DNA from: Vicugna vicugna
Taxonomy: Eukaryota
NCBI GenBank assembly: GCA_013265495.1
Contig: MU058384.1
Coordinates: 3,509,010 to 3,573,009 of the forward strand
Reading direction: 5' to 3'
DNA length: 64,000 nt
Shown here: one piece after another, positions 24,411-38,000 of the stretch
How positions within the stretch are numbered: the stretch's first letter is position 1
How the letters are laid out: each line of letters starts with the position of its first letter
The notes under the pieces: model-generated
What the model saw: the letters and a program-made list of their open reading frames with translations, nothing else
Databases searched by the model: none
Told to the model about the DNA's origin: nothing
Made by a program: the position numbers and the translations under genes

Positions 24411-26033
24411 CAATTAACTCTGAATCTGGGGGACTGTGTGATGGTGGATGGTGTGCACTTTCACTTTAAAATAAGAGAGTACAGGAGGAGAAAACGAGTT
24501 GTTTGGGGGTTGTTTTGTTTTTGGTGGGAGGGGGGTTGGGCTGCTTTTGGTTTTAATTTTTGTGTTTGTTTTTGCTTTGCTGGGAGTTTGGAGTAAGCTC
24601 TGAGGTTAGTCTGGAGAACACTAACTTTGAGATACCTACACAGGTGGACATGCTAAGGTGGTGGTTCAGAATAAATGTGGAAGGACTGGGGGAAAGGACA
24701 GAACTCAAGAATGAATAATTCTCATAAATTAAAACTGGAGAAAGTATAGGTTACAAAGAAGGGAAGCCAGGGACAGAATCAGGAGAATGCAGGTATTTAA
24801 AGAGAGGGCAAAGGAACAATGTTGAGAGGTAGGGGGAAGAGAGATATTACAAATATAACTTTGGCCAAGTCCCATGTAACCTGTAGCAAAAGAACAGAAA
24901 ACCCAAAGTGAGAAATTTCTGGATATACAGCAACTAAAATGAAGACTCGAGGTCAGAAGAACGAATGTGAAGAACCCAACAGAGGCAAAATCTTCTGTGT
25001 CAGCAAAATCAAGTTCCACTGAAGGGGTGCCTTTTGAGGTCATGCACAAAGCTATGGTCAAAAAGAAATTAGGTTCTAGAAAACTCACCTTATAAAAATA
25101 TTTGAGCAAATGCACAAGCATATAACCATGATCATACATCATAGCAAAGATATTTAAATCACTGGAATCTCCAACAATAAAAGATCATTTCAATTAATTT
25201 GTTACATCCATAGAAGGTAAAATTAGGCAGCCGTTAGAATAAAGGAACATGTTCATATTATATTAAGCAGGAAAATATTAAAAATTGATGACATGTATCA
25301 CATTTTTACAAATATGCAGGTACATTGTTAAAAACACATATGTATAAATATGTAATAAAAGGGCATTCTTTTTCTTTCCACTTACATATTTTATCATATT
25401 CATCATGGACATGTATCACTTGCGACTTTTTTTCTTTTAAGTGTGGAAATTCTATTATGAGCGCCTTCACGCTCTCTGTTACCAGCACCACCCTCTGGAA
25501 CAGAGAGGCTCTTGTGTTTTTAACAACCAAAGCCTCACAGAAAAAGTAATCAGGACCGAATGGTGAGAATTAAATGAACTGCATTTTTCCAATAATGTTA
25601 TAAGGACAGGCACAGTGTATAAGCTCAGACAGGAACATTCAAAAATGTAGTTGAAAAAAAAATGTAGTTGAAATTAGGACGTAAAACCGGATGCATTCAG
25701 CTGAAAGTGAATCATCCTATAAATTGCCTATCAGACTGAAATTAGGAAACAGCAGAGTCCATGATCATAAGACTAATGATTGCTCTTCAACTCAGTCACA
25801 GAAAAGGGAACTCAGACAACCTGGTGAGCCTTTACGCTTTAATTTGAACCGTTTAAGAGAACCAAGGTAAACTGTGCGGTAGTAAGTTACTCCAATATCT
25901 GTTCTAGGTATAGAACAGATGCTCACTTACGGAGGCCGTGTTTGGCTTGTACAGAATCTGAAATACAAATATACAATAGTAAGAACAAGTGCCCTAACCT
26001 TCAGTAAGTCTGCCTTTTACACGCCATTCAAAG

Positions 26034-27593
26034 AGAGCCCAGAAATAAACCCACACATCTATGGTCAATTACACTTCAACAAAAGAAGCAAGAATATACA
26101 ACGGAGAAAAGACAGTGTCTTCAGTGAGTCGTGCTCGGAAAGCTGGACACCCAACTCAAATCAGTGAAGTTAGAACACTTTCTCACATCATACACAAGAA
26201 TAAACTTGAAATGGCTTGAAGACTTAAATATAAGACACGACATCATAAAACTCCTAGAAGAGAACATAGGCAAAATATTCTCTGACATAAATCCTACCAT
26301 TGTGTTCTTAGGTCAGTCTCCCAAAGCAATGGAAATAAAAGCAAAAATTTTAAAATAGAACCTAATCAAACGTATAAGTTTTTGCACAGCAAAGGAAACC
26401 ATAAGCAAAACAAAAAGGCAACCTACAGACTGGGAGAAAATATTTGCAAACTATGTGACCAACAAGGGCTTTATTTTCCAAAATATGCAAAGAGCTCATA
26501 TAATTCAATAACAAAAAAAAACAACCCAGTCAAAAAATGGGCAGAAGACCTAAATAGGCATTTCTTCAAAGAAGATACACAGATGGCCTACAGGCACATA
26601 AAGAGATTCTCAACACTGCTAATCATTAGAGAAACGCAAATCAAAACTATAATGAGGTTATCACCTCACACCAGTCAGAATGGCCATCATTATACATATG
26701 CACATTACTATATATAAAATAGATAAACAACAAAGACCTACTATATGGCACAGGGAAATATTCAATTTCTTGTAATGAGCTCTAATGGAAAAGAATCTGA
26801 AAAAACATCATTAAAAAAATCTACAAATAACAAATGCTAGAGAGGGTGTAGAGAAAAGGGAACCCTCCTACACTGTTGGTGGGAATGTAATTTGGTGCAG
26901 CCACTATGGAAGACAACATGGAGATTCCTTAATAAACTAAAAATAGAGTTGCCATATGATCCAGCAATCTCACTTCTGGGCATATATCTGTAGAAAAATC
27001 TAATTTGAAAAGATACATGCACCCCAGTGTTCATAGTAGCACTGTTTACGATAGCCAAGAAATGGAAACAATCTAAATGTCTCCAGATAGGTGAATGGAT
27101 AAAGGAGATGCGGTGTATATATATACAATAGAATACTACTCAGCCATAAAAAAGAGTGAAATAATGCCATTTGCAGCAATATGGATGGACCGAAAGATTA
27201 CCATACTAAGTGAAGTAAGCCAGAAAGAGAAAGAAAAATACCGTATGATATCACTTGTATGTGGAATCTTAAAAATGACAGAAATGAACTTATTTACAAA
27301 ACAGAAACAGGCTCACAGACATAGAAAACAAACCTATGGTTACCAAAGGGGAAAAACGGGTGGGAAGGATAAATTAGGAGCTTGGGATTAGCAGATACAA
27401 ATCACTATATATAAAATAGATAAACAACAAGGTCCTACTGTAGAGCACAGGGAACTATATTCACTATCCTATAATAAGCCATAATGGAAAAGAAGATGTA
27501 CATATATAAATAACTGAATCACTTTGCTGTAGACCAGAAACTAACACAACATTATAAATCAAATAGACTTCAATTTAAGAAAAAAATCTTAAT
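26034..27593 (+). mobile_element. 5'-truncated L1 (ORF2 C-terminus and 3' UTR), copy 1
   Basis: Frameshifted ORF2 peptides [72 protein letters not shown] core CCATTCAAAG (26024-26033 / 27599-27608). Confidence 0.92.
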
Positions 27594-30500
27594 AAATACC
27601 ATTCAAAGCTAGGTGGTAGGTATGACAGAAGAGAATTATTAAAGTTTCAAAGTTTACAAGGACCTATAAAAGACCCTATATATCTGATAAGGTAGTTGGT
27701 AAACATAAACATCACTGAGACGCGTCCGTATCTCCAGGGAAAGCAGAGAAATCAGTGCCTACGAAATAAATGTTGAGCCTCATGGCAAAATTTCAGAAAA
27801 GCCCAGAATTCATCTCAGAATGCAGAAACTCGGCATGTCTTTGACAGAGAAGGCTCCTGCCTTCCCTGCATACATTTGCCCTCAATGTCGGAGCTGCCCA
27901 CGCGGTCGTCACATCCACAGTGGATGGTCTGACCTCTGCTTGCTTGAGTTCGGCTCTGCTCTCAGGGTCAGAATTCTGAGAAAGCGGGAGTTAGAGACAG
28001 TATCCACCCCTCATATACCCCACTTCCCCGCAGAGAGTGGGACAGAGAGGAGCGCAGGTGCAGCCTCTGCCGCCTCTCCCTCGGCTCGAGTCTGCGGATC
28101 AGCTTCAAGGGAGGTGGGTGGTTCAGTGCAAGGAGAAGAGCGGAGGGAGACAGCACACAGCAATTATGTCTTCCCTGAACTGCAGCAGGCAGAGCCACTG
28201 ACATTTATATCCAAAAATGGCTCTTTCTGATCCCACGGTCTTCCCAGGGGAAAGTCTGTCATGTCCTCATCACCCTCCACTAAGGGCAAGGATCTGTTAA
28301 CAGGAGGTTCCATTATGAGCAGTGCCCCGCCTCCACTTGCATTCAGAAAGGAAGCAGTTAGTCACCATGCCCAGCCCTGCTCCCCTCCGTGTCCAGCCGC
28401 CCTCATGCACTTCTTTGCCTGCCTCTGCTCAGGCCGCACCTGCTCTGCTTTGAACTGACCACGTCCTCACAGTCACATGGCCCCTGGTTGGAGACAGCAA
28501 GTGCAGGGAGACATGACAAGTTCCTCTTCCCTCCACAGCCTCCCCCCGCCCCCAGGAGCTAGGCTGGGCCCCCTTTCCTTGGTGGCCCCCTTCCCAGCTA
28601 AATGTTCCCAGAAGGATCTCCCCACAAGAGGTGGCTGAAGTGGGACTGGTTCACCTCAGAGTCAGTTCTCTAGGCAGCTAACCAGCAACACTTACTGAAC
28701 AACTTTCAGGTTTACAGAAAATCCCAGCTGCTTTAGGGAGATTAAAAATAAAATAAAAATCATGGCTTCTCCCACTGAGAGACAAAGAATAAAAGATAAA
28801 GACCAAGAAGGCCCGCTGCCCGCGGGTCGTTGTGGTTCTCACATCTATATCCCTGCAGACTGATACTCATCCAACCAGGGATTTCGTAATTACAAAATCT
28901 GCCATTCGAACACACAAATTTGGCAATCCGAGAACAAACTATATTTCACGTGCAAGGATGAACATTCTCAGGAGCGATTTTGGAATTTGGTTTTCCGACT
29001 GCAATTTGATTCTTGTTTCAGCTTGTTTTTGTTCCTGCTTCAAAGTCAACCGAGATTTTATAAGTGATTTTTTTTCAGACATGTCAGCCATGACTCACAG
29101 CTATCTGATGAAGGATAAAATGCTTCTATTTCTCAGGCTAAACTTTCAAAATTAAGCGTTCAAAAGAAAAACTCGTATTGCTCCAGTAGGTGTCAGTGAT
29201 TAAAATCATGAAAACAGTTCTTTTCAGAGAAATTCCCTAATGCATCTAGACTGGGTTTTTTTCCCCTTTGTCCAACCCTGACCTAATTCTGAGCTTTTCT
29301 TTTAAGTGCATCTTGACTTAATTAATTGTTTACAAGTTGCCTCTCAGAGATGAGCTTGTTTTCTGAATAGAAAGCCATAAAGAACCTTCTAGGGGTCAGG
29401 AAGGCTGAATGAGACCTCCTTGCATTTAGGGAAAGACAGGCTTCTCCTGCACATCCATCCCTGGACCTCTAAGCACGCAGGGTCACTCCCACTGCCCTGA
29501 GGTGGCACTGCCAGCCTCCCCCCCACCCCACACCCTACAGCATCTGGGAGCGAATTGGTGTCTGCTACTTTTGCAAAAGCCACTGGAAACCTAAGGAGAT
29601 GGAAAGGCTGCTTGTCAGGGTCTTCAGAAGATCTGATCCAATATGACAATATGGACTTTTCAATTCAATCGAGAAAATTCTGTTTGAAAAAAGGAGCATG
29701 TCTGGAGCCAAGAGCGATCTACTCAAACCCAAAAGACACCTATAAATTTCCTCAGTTTTATCTTACTCCCTAAAGGAAGATGACTAGAAAAGGTCAAAGT
29801 CATTTTAATTGGTTTCTATAAGTCAAATAAATAAATTATGTTTAAGTATCCACCGTATTTGGGCACTGGGGACACCAGAATAAATGATGTATGTCCCGCC
29901 CTCAAGGAACTTATAAGGACTTCTCTGTATACCATTTGTTTACAATGAGGTGCTTTATTCTCCAACACAGAAAATCACTACTAAATGGATTTCACACTCC
30001 CCTGACCTTTTGTCATGATTCCCAAGTCTTCATTTAAGATGTCAGTAATAAAGTGATGCCCTCTGGTGAGACTGGAGCCTCTCACTGTTTCTTCTCACCA
30101 GCCAGAAATCTGAAACCATCCTTGACTTTTCCTCCTCCCTCACTCCGTCTATCCAATCAATCATCCTGGAACTGGAAATTCTACCTCTTTGATCATTCAA
30201 GTCTCCTGAATATCTCCATTTCCACTGCCTTAATCAGGGCTTCTTCACGTCTCAGCTGGAATCCTTTAAATGTATTCTGACTTCTCGCCCTGGCTTCAGT
30301 CTTATCCAGCACTTAACCACTCGCCATACAATATCACAACTGCGTTATTGGTCAGTCTTTATGCTGAATGATAAGGGCAGGCACCCAGTATTCAGTCTCT
30401 GTAACCTGGATACCCAGCACAGTGATCGGCTAATAGGAGGCTTATTAAACGTACGCAGGAATGGTAAATGGAGGCACGTGCACATTAAATGTCTCCAAAC

Positions 30501-31554
30501 TACCGTGATTTTACAGTTTCTCCTCTTTGGTTTCTTCTCTGATGTCAGTAATCGCTTTTTGTTCATTTATTTCCACTGCCCTAATAAATTTTTGGTTTTT
30601 ATCTGATGCTTCATATGAAAATAGTTTTCTTTGCCATCAAGTGTGATGATCTTTAAATTTAATTTCTATGTCTAAGCTTGTGGATATTTATTTCACAACA
30701 TTGTAGCAGTTTTCAACATCAGAGATTTTCAATTATGAAGAATTCTAATAACTCGCTGATAGGCTTTATTGCAATGCCCATGTGTTTTTTGGGTTTTTTT
30801 TGGGGGGGGTAATAATTTGCTGGTAAAATTTTACCAGCTGAGCTCCCAGAATTTCCTGGCCAAAGATGTAAGCTTTGTGCCAATGCCCCAGAGATGGACT
30901 CCATGGCCAGATCAGCAAACTGGGCTCCCACCTTGGATCCTAGCATTATCCTCACCTGGGACCCCTGCTCTCTCCAGGGTTATGGCTGTTACTGCCACTG
31001 ACTGCTGCTTCTGCAGCTGCCATCACCATCATCCCCACTAACCTGGACACAGGTCCCAGCCTTGGCGTGTGCAGCCAGGCTAGCTGCTGAGCATCAACAT
31101 TGCCCACTGCTCACCATGCCACAGGACTAAGCCACTGTGTGTGTGTGTGTGTGTGTGTTGCCACTTCACATATCTCCTCTTTGCACACCCATTATACAAT
31201 CAGCCTTAACTTACAAAATGCAAGCTTCTCATTGGCCAGTTCCAGCACCATTCCTCCAGAATCCACGCTGTGCTTTCATCTTGTGCTTGAATGCTCCTAC
31301 AAGGGCCCATTGTATTTTTTGCAAAAAATTCCCTATTGGGTAGATACTACTGGATGTGCAATCATTGTCTTTTCTCTCTTCTTTACTAAAAGAAAAGTTA
31401 TTCTTTTCAGGGGAGTTATGTGCCACCTTCCCAGAATTCCTCACATCTAACGGTAATTATGCAACTCATTCAGAAGCAATAAAAAATAATTAGAAGTCTG
31501 CTAGAGATTTCTGGGAAATGCTGGCTTTCAGGATACACCTAGGGCCTTCTTTCT

Positions 31555-32212
31555 GTTCTTCTTACCAGGAATGCAGACATAAGACCGGAGGTAGAAGAGG
31601 TGTCTTGCAATCATGAAGCAACAAGCAAGAAGGCAGAGTTGGAACGCTGTTCCCTGATAATATCGGGAAGCAGCTACACCGATCCCAGGCAGCCAATCTC
31701 TGAATTTCTTACATCTCAGAAACATAAACTCTTGCAGTTAGGTGCTGAGTCCACTTTCTGTTACACGCAGCCAAATGAAATCTTGCCTGAGATACCCCTT
31801 TGCTTATGTTAGCTTGGGTGGGTGTTTGTTTCTTGCAAATTGCTGTTTTTGCACCATCCATACCCTATAGGATCCTTTTCCTGCACAAGGGCCGTCTCTC
31901 AGAGTGCTTTCACTCCTCCCAGCCGGTACGTACAGCGCTTTGTGAGAGGGCTGCTCTCACGGGCTGCGGAGGCCGTTGGTCTTCAGAGCTGTAATTGCGC
32001 AGGAATTTACATCCCCTGGGAGCCACCCAGAACGCTCTGGATGGTCTCTCTTGCTGCAGGATTGAGTGAGAGTTATGCTCTGTGAGTTGTTGATATAACA
32101 CTCTTGCACAACCCCAATCCCTTATCAGTTTCTCCTGGGAACATTTCCTAACAAACTACTTTTACGTGAATCCTTACCTTAGGGTCCACTTCTGGGAAAC
32201 TCAACCTAAGAT
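31555..32212. mobile_element. Old ERVL/MaLR LTR fragments (MLT1- and LTR16-like); duplicated at ~38988-39645
   Basis: ggaatgcagac...tcttgcaatcatgaagcaacaagc (MLT1-like); gtgaatccttaccttagggtccacttctgggaaactcaacctaaga (LTR16-like 3' end). Confidence 0.45.
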
Positions 32213-32251
32213 GCAATCCAAAAATCCCTGACTAGAACAGGTTTTAACAGG

Positions 32252-32612
32252 TGCTATGGACTAAATCTTTGTATCCCTTCAAAATTCTTTTGTTAAAATT
32301 CTTATCCCCAATTTAATGGTTTTTGGAGATGGGGCCTTTGAGAGGTAATTAGGTCCGAAGGGTGGAACCCCCATGATGGGATTAGTGTCCTTATTCAAAG
32401 AGGAAGGAACACAAGATCTCTCTCTTTTCATGCACGTGCCAAGGTAAGGCCATGTGTGGACACAACCAGGAGAGGGACCCTCAGTGAGAGCCTGGGTGTG
32501 CCAGCACCCTGATCTCAGACTTGCAGCCTCCAGAAACATGAGAAGTAAAGTCTGTTATTGACATCATCTCGTCTGTGATAATCTGTTATAGAAGCTCCAA
32601 CTGACTAAGATA
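32252..32612 (+). mobile_element. MLT1A-like MaLR solo LTR, copy 1
   Basis: tgctatggactaaatc...ggagatggggcctttgagaggtaattagg...gacttgcagcctccagaaac...gactaagata. Confidence 0.8.
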
Positions 32613-33465
32613 CTAGGCATTTTAAAGTAATTTAAAAGCCAATCCGTTTTGATGTCTGTTGTACATTTAATTCTTTAATGGGAATAAAGCTACCCTTCTT
32701 TGCATCCTGCATAAATTTCATCCCTTTCCACATATTCCAGCTGATAGCAGCCCAGGAATTTTTTGATAGTTCAAATATAATGTGATACTCCAAATAAACA
32801 CATATTTATTAGTTCGAATATAATACAAATTTCATCACCCTAAGGGAAGGCCACTATCATGATACCAAAAATACGAATACAAAATAGATGTCAGCTGAAG
32901 TGTTGCTTGCTGGCTCTTTCACACCTCAGAGTATGGTAGTGAGAGGAGCCCCTAGTATGGCGCTGGCTCCAAGGGAGACTGCAGTTTGTCACCCTCAACC
33001 TTCTCATCACCTCTTAACACTTCATCTTAATTCTAATGTCCTAATTATCTGGCTGCTCTTTGTCAGCCATTGAAGACGTGCATTTCAGACGTTTGTTTTG
33101 TGTGTAAAAGAAAACTGAACTGCGTTATTCACAAACCGTGCTGGAAGCTCAAGATGAAAAGCTGAAACCCTTTCCAATAATAGCTCAATTCTGAGGGCTG
33201 AGATCAGGGCAGATGGCTCAGGGTCCCTTGATATGATTTGATTACCTGTCACTGCACTGCCATTTACGCTTTAATTTGAACCGTTTAAGAGAACCAAGGT
33301 AAACTGTGCGGTAGTAAGTTACTCCAATATCTGTTCTAGGTATAGAACAGATGCTCACTTACGGAGGCCGTGTTTGGCTTGTACAGAATCTGAAATACAA
33401 ATATACAATAGTAAGAACAAGTGCCCTAACCTTCAGTAAGTCTGCCTTTTACACGCCATTCAAAG

Positions 33466-35026
33466 AGAGCCCAGAAATAAACCCACACATCTATGGTCAA
33501 TTACACTTCAACAAAAGAAGCAAGAATATACAACGGAGAAAAGACAGTGTCTTCAGTGAGTCGTGCTCGGAAAGCTGGACACCCAACTCAAATCAGTGAA
33601 GTTAGAACACTTTCTCACATCATACACAAGAATAAACTTGAAATGGCTTGAAGACTTAAATATAAGACACGACATCATAAAACTCCTAGAAGAGAACATA
33701 GGCAAAATATTCTCTGACATAAATCCTACCATTGTGTTCTTAGGTCAGTCTCCCAAAGCAATGGAAATAAAAGCAAAAATTTTAAAATAGAACCTAATCA
33801 AACGTATAAGTTTTTGCACAGCAAAGGAAACCATAAGCAAAACAAAAAGGCAACCTACAGACTGGGAGAAAATATTTGCAAACTATGTGACCAACAAGGG
33901 CTTTATTTTCCAAAATATGCAAAGAGCTCATATAATTCAATAACAAAAAAAAAACAACCCAGTCAAAAAATGGGCAGAAGACCTAAATAGGCATTTCTTC
34001 AAAGAAGATACACAGATGGCCTACAGGCACATAAAGAGATTCTCAACACTGCTAATCATTAGAGAAACGCAAATCAAAACTATAATGAGGTTATCACCTC
34101 ACACCAGTCAGAATGGCCATCATTATACATATGCACATTACTATATATAAAATAGATAAACAACAAAGACCTACTATATGGCACAGGGAAATATTCAATT
34201 TCTTGTAATGAGCTCTAATGGAAAAGAATCTGAAAAAACATCATTAAAAAAATCTACAAATAACAAATGCTAGAGAGGGTGTAGAGAAAAGGGAACCCTC
34301 CTACACTGTTGGTGGGAATGTAATTTGGTGCAGCCACTATGGAAGACAACATGGAGATTCCTTAATAAACTAAAAATAGAGTTGCCATATGATCCAGCAA
34401 TCTCACTTCTGGGCATATATCTGGAGAAAAATCTAATTTGAAAAGATACATGCACCCCAGTGTTCATAGTAGCACTGTTTACGATAGCCAAGAAATGGAA
34501 ACAATCTAAATGTCTCCAGATAGGTGAATGGATAAAGGAGATGCGGTGTATATATATACAATAGAATACTACTCAGCCATAAAAAAGAGTGAAATAATGC
34601 CATTTGCAGCAATATGGATGGACCGAAAGATTACCATACTAAGTGAAGTAAGCCAGAAAGAGAAAGAAAAATACCGTATGATATCACTTGTATGTGGAAT
34701 CTTAAAAATGACAGAAATGAACTTATTTACAAAACAGAAACAGGCTCACAGACATAGAAAACAAACCTATGGTTACCAAAGGGGAAAAACGGGTGGGAAG
34801 GATAAATTAGGAGCTTGGGATTAGCAGATACAAATCACTATATATAAAATAGATAAACAACAAGGTCCTACTGTAGAGCACAGGGAACTATATTCACTAT
34901 CCTATAATAAGCCATAATGGAAAAGAAGATGTACATATATAAATAACTGAATCACTTTGCTGTAGACCAGAAACTAACACAACATTATAAATCAAATAGA
35001 CTTCAATTTAAGAAAAAAATCTTAAT
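33466..35026 (+). mobile_element. 5'-truncated L1, duplicated copy
   Basis: Same element as 26034-27593; I found only one extra A and one T/G substitution. Confidence 0.92.
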
Positions 35027-38000
35027 AAATACCATTCAAAGCTAGGTGGTAGGTATGACAGAAGAGAATTATTAAAGTTTCAAAGTTTACAAGGACCTAT
35101 AAAAGACCCTATATATCTGATAAGGTAGTTGGTAAACATAAACATCACTGAGACGCGTCCGTATCTCCAGGGAAAGCAGAGAAATCAGTGCCTACGAAAT
35201 AAATGTTGCGCCTCATGGCAAAATTTCAGAAAAGCCCAGAATTCATCTCAGAATACAGAAACTCGGCATGTCTTTGACAGAGAAGGCTCCTGCCTTCCCT
35301 GCATACATTTGCCCTCAATGTCGGAGCTGCCCACGCGGTCGTCACATCCACAGTGGATGGTCTGACCTCTGCTTGCTTGAGTTCGGCTCTGCTCTCAGGG
35401 TCAGAATTCTGAGAAAGCGGGAGTTAGAGACAGTATCCACCCCTCATATACCCCACTTCCCCGCAGAGAGTGGGACAGAGAGGAGCGCAGGTGCAGCCTC
35501 TGCCGCCTCTCCCTCGGCTCGAGTCTGCGGATCAGCTTCAAGGGAGGTGGGTGGTTCAGTGCAAGGAGAAGAGCGGAGGGAGACAGCACACAGCAATTAT
35601 GTCTTCCCTGAACTGCAGCAGGCAGAGCCACTGACATTTATATCCAAAAATGGCTCTTTCTGATCCCACGGTCTTCCCAGGGGAAAGTCTGTCATGTCCT
35701 CATCACCCTCCACTAAGGGCAAGGATCTGTTAACAGGAGGTTCCATTATGAGCAGTGCCCCGCCTCCACTTGCATTCAGAAAGGAAGCAGTTAGTCACCA
35801 TGCCCAGCCCTGCCCCCCTCCGTGTCCAGCCGCCCTCATGCACTTCTTTGCCTGCCTCTGCTCAGGCCGCACCTGCTCTGCTTTGAACTGACCACGTCCT
35901 CACAGTCACATGGCCCCTGGTTGGGGACAGCAAGTGCAGGGAGACATGACAAGTTCCTCTTCCCTCCACAGCCTCCCCCCGCCCCCAGGAGCTAGGCTGG
36001 GCCCCCTTTCCTTGGTGGCCCCCTTCCCAGCTAAATGTTCCCAGAAGGATCTCCCCACAAGAGGTGGCTGAAGTGGGACTGGTTCACCTCAGAGTCAGTT
36101 CTCTAGGCAGCTAACCAGCAACACTTACTGAACAACTTTCAGGTTTACAGAAAATCCCAGCTGCTTTAGGGAGATTAAAAATAAAATAAAAATCATGGCT
36201 TCTCCCACTGAGAGACAAAGAATAAAAGATAAAGACCAGGAACGCCCGCTGCCCGCGGGTCGTTGTGGTTCTCACATCTATATCCCTGCAGACTGATACT
36301 CATCCAACCAGGGATTTCGTAATTACAAAATCTGCCATTCGAACACACAAATTTGGCAATCTGAGAACAAACTATATTTCACGTGCAAGGATGAACATTC
36401 TCAGGAGCGATTTTGGAATTTGGTTTTCCGACTGCAATTTGATTCTTGTTTCAGCTTGTTTTTGTTCCTGCTTCAAAGTCAACCGAGATTTTATAAGTGA
36501 TTTTTTTTCAGACATGTCAGCCATGACTCACAGCTATCTGATGAAGGATAAAATGCTTCTATTTCTCAGGCTAAACTTTCAAAATTAAGCGTTCAAAAGA
36601 AAAACTCGTATTGCTCCAGTAGGTGTCAGTGATTAAAATCATGAAAACAGTTCTTTTCAGAGAAATTCCCTAATGCATCTAGACTGGGTTTTTTTCCCCT
36701 TTGTCCAATCCTGACCTAATTCTGAGCTTTTCTTTTAAGTGCATCTTGACTTAATTAATTGTTTACAAGTTGCCTCTCAGAGATGAGCTTGTTTTCTGAA
36801 TAGAAAGCCATAAAGAACCTTCTAGGGGTCAGGAAGGCTGAATGAGACCTCCTTGCATTTAGGGAAAGACAGGCTTCTCCTGCACATCCATCCCTGGACC
36901 TCTAAGCACGCAGGGTCACTCCCACTGCCCTGAGGTGGCACTGCCAGCCTCCCCCCCACCCCACACCCTACAGCATCTGGGAGCGAATTGGTGTCTGCTA
37001 CTTTTGCAAAAGCCACTGGAAACCTAAGGAGATGGAAAGGCTGCTTGTCAGGGTCTTCAGAAGATCTGATCCAATATGACAATATGGACTTTTCAATTCA
37101 ATCGAGAAAATTCTGTTTGAAAAAAGGAGCATGTCTGGAGCCAAGAGCGATCTACTCAAACCCAAAAGACACCTATAAATTTCCTCAGTTTTATCTTACT
37201 CCCTAAAGGAAGATGACTAGAAAAGGTCAAAGTCATTTTAATTGGTTTCTATAAGTCAAATAAATAAATTATGTTTAAGTATCCACCGTATTTGGGCACT
37301 GGGGACACCAGAATAAATGATGTATGTCCCGCCCTCAAGGAACTTATAAGGACTTCTCTGTATACCATTTGTTTACAATGAGGTGCTTTATTCTCCAACA
37401 CAGAAAATCACTACTAAATGGATTTCACACTCCCCTGACCTTTTGTCATGATTCCCAAGTCTTCATTTAAGATGTCAGTAATAAAGTGATGCCCTCTGGT
37501 GAGACTGGAGCCTCTCACTGTTTCTTCTCACCAGCCAGAAATCTGAAACCATCCTTGACTTTTCCTCCTCCCTCACTCCGTCTATCCAATCAATCATCCT
37601 GGAACTGGAAATTCTACCTCTTTGATCATTCAAGTCTCCTGAATATCTCCATTTCCACTGCCTTAATCAGGGCTTCTTCACGTCTCAGCTGGAATCCTTT
37701 AAATGTATTCTGACTTCTCGCCCTGGCTTCAGTCTTATCCAGCACTTAACCACTCGCCATACAATATCACAACTGCGTTATTGGTCAGTCTTTATGCTGA
37801 ATGATAAGGGCAGGCACCCAGTATTCAGTCTCTGTAACCTGGATACCCAGCACAGTGATCGGCTAATAGGAGGCTTATTAAACGTACGCAGGAATGGTAA
37901 ATGGAGGCACGTGCACATTAAATGTCTCCAAACTACCGTGATTTTACAGTTTCTCCTCTTTGGTTTCTTCTCTGATGTCAGTAATCGCTTTTTGTTCATT

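Larger units (their letters stand above)
25831..33262 (+). repeat. Tandem duplication, copy 1 (7432 bp)
   Basis: The ORF track repeats at offset 7432/7433 (25919 vs 33351; 27095 vs 34528; 32888 vs 40321). Identity starts at tttacgctttaatttgaacc. Confidence 0.97.

Noticed and set aside
25919..27391. ORFs resembling an L1 ORF2 (reverse transcriptase) protein
   Set aside because: Frameshifted C-terminal remains of a 5'-truncated L1 ORF2; not an intact or novel gene.
27820..28230. 136-aa ORF (131 aa in copy 2)
   Set aside because: GC-rich, low-complexity peptide without homology or splice structure; it recurs only because of the duplication.
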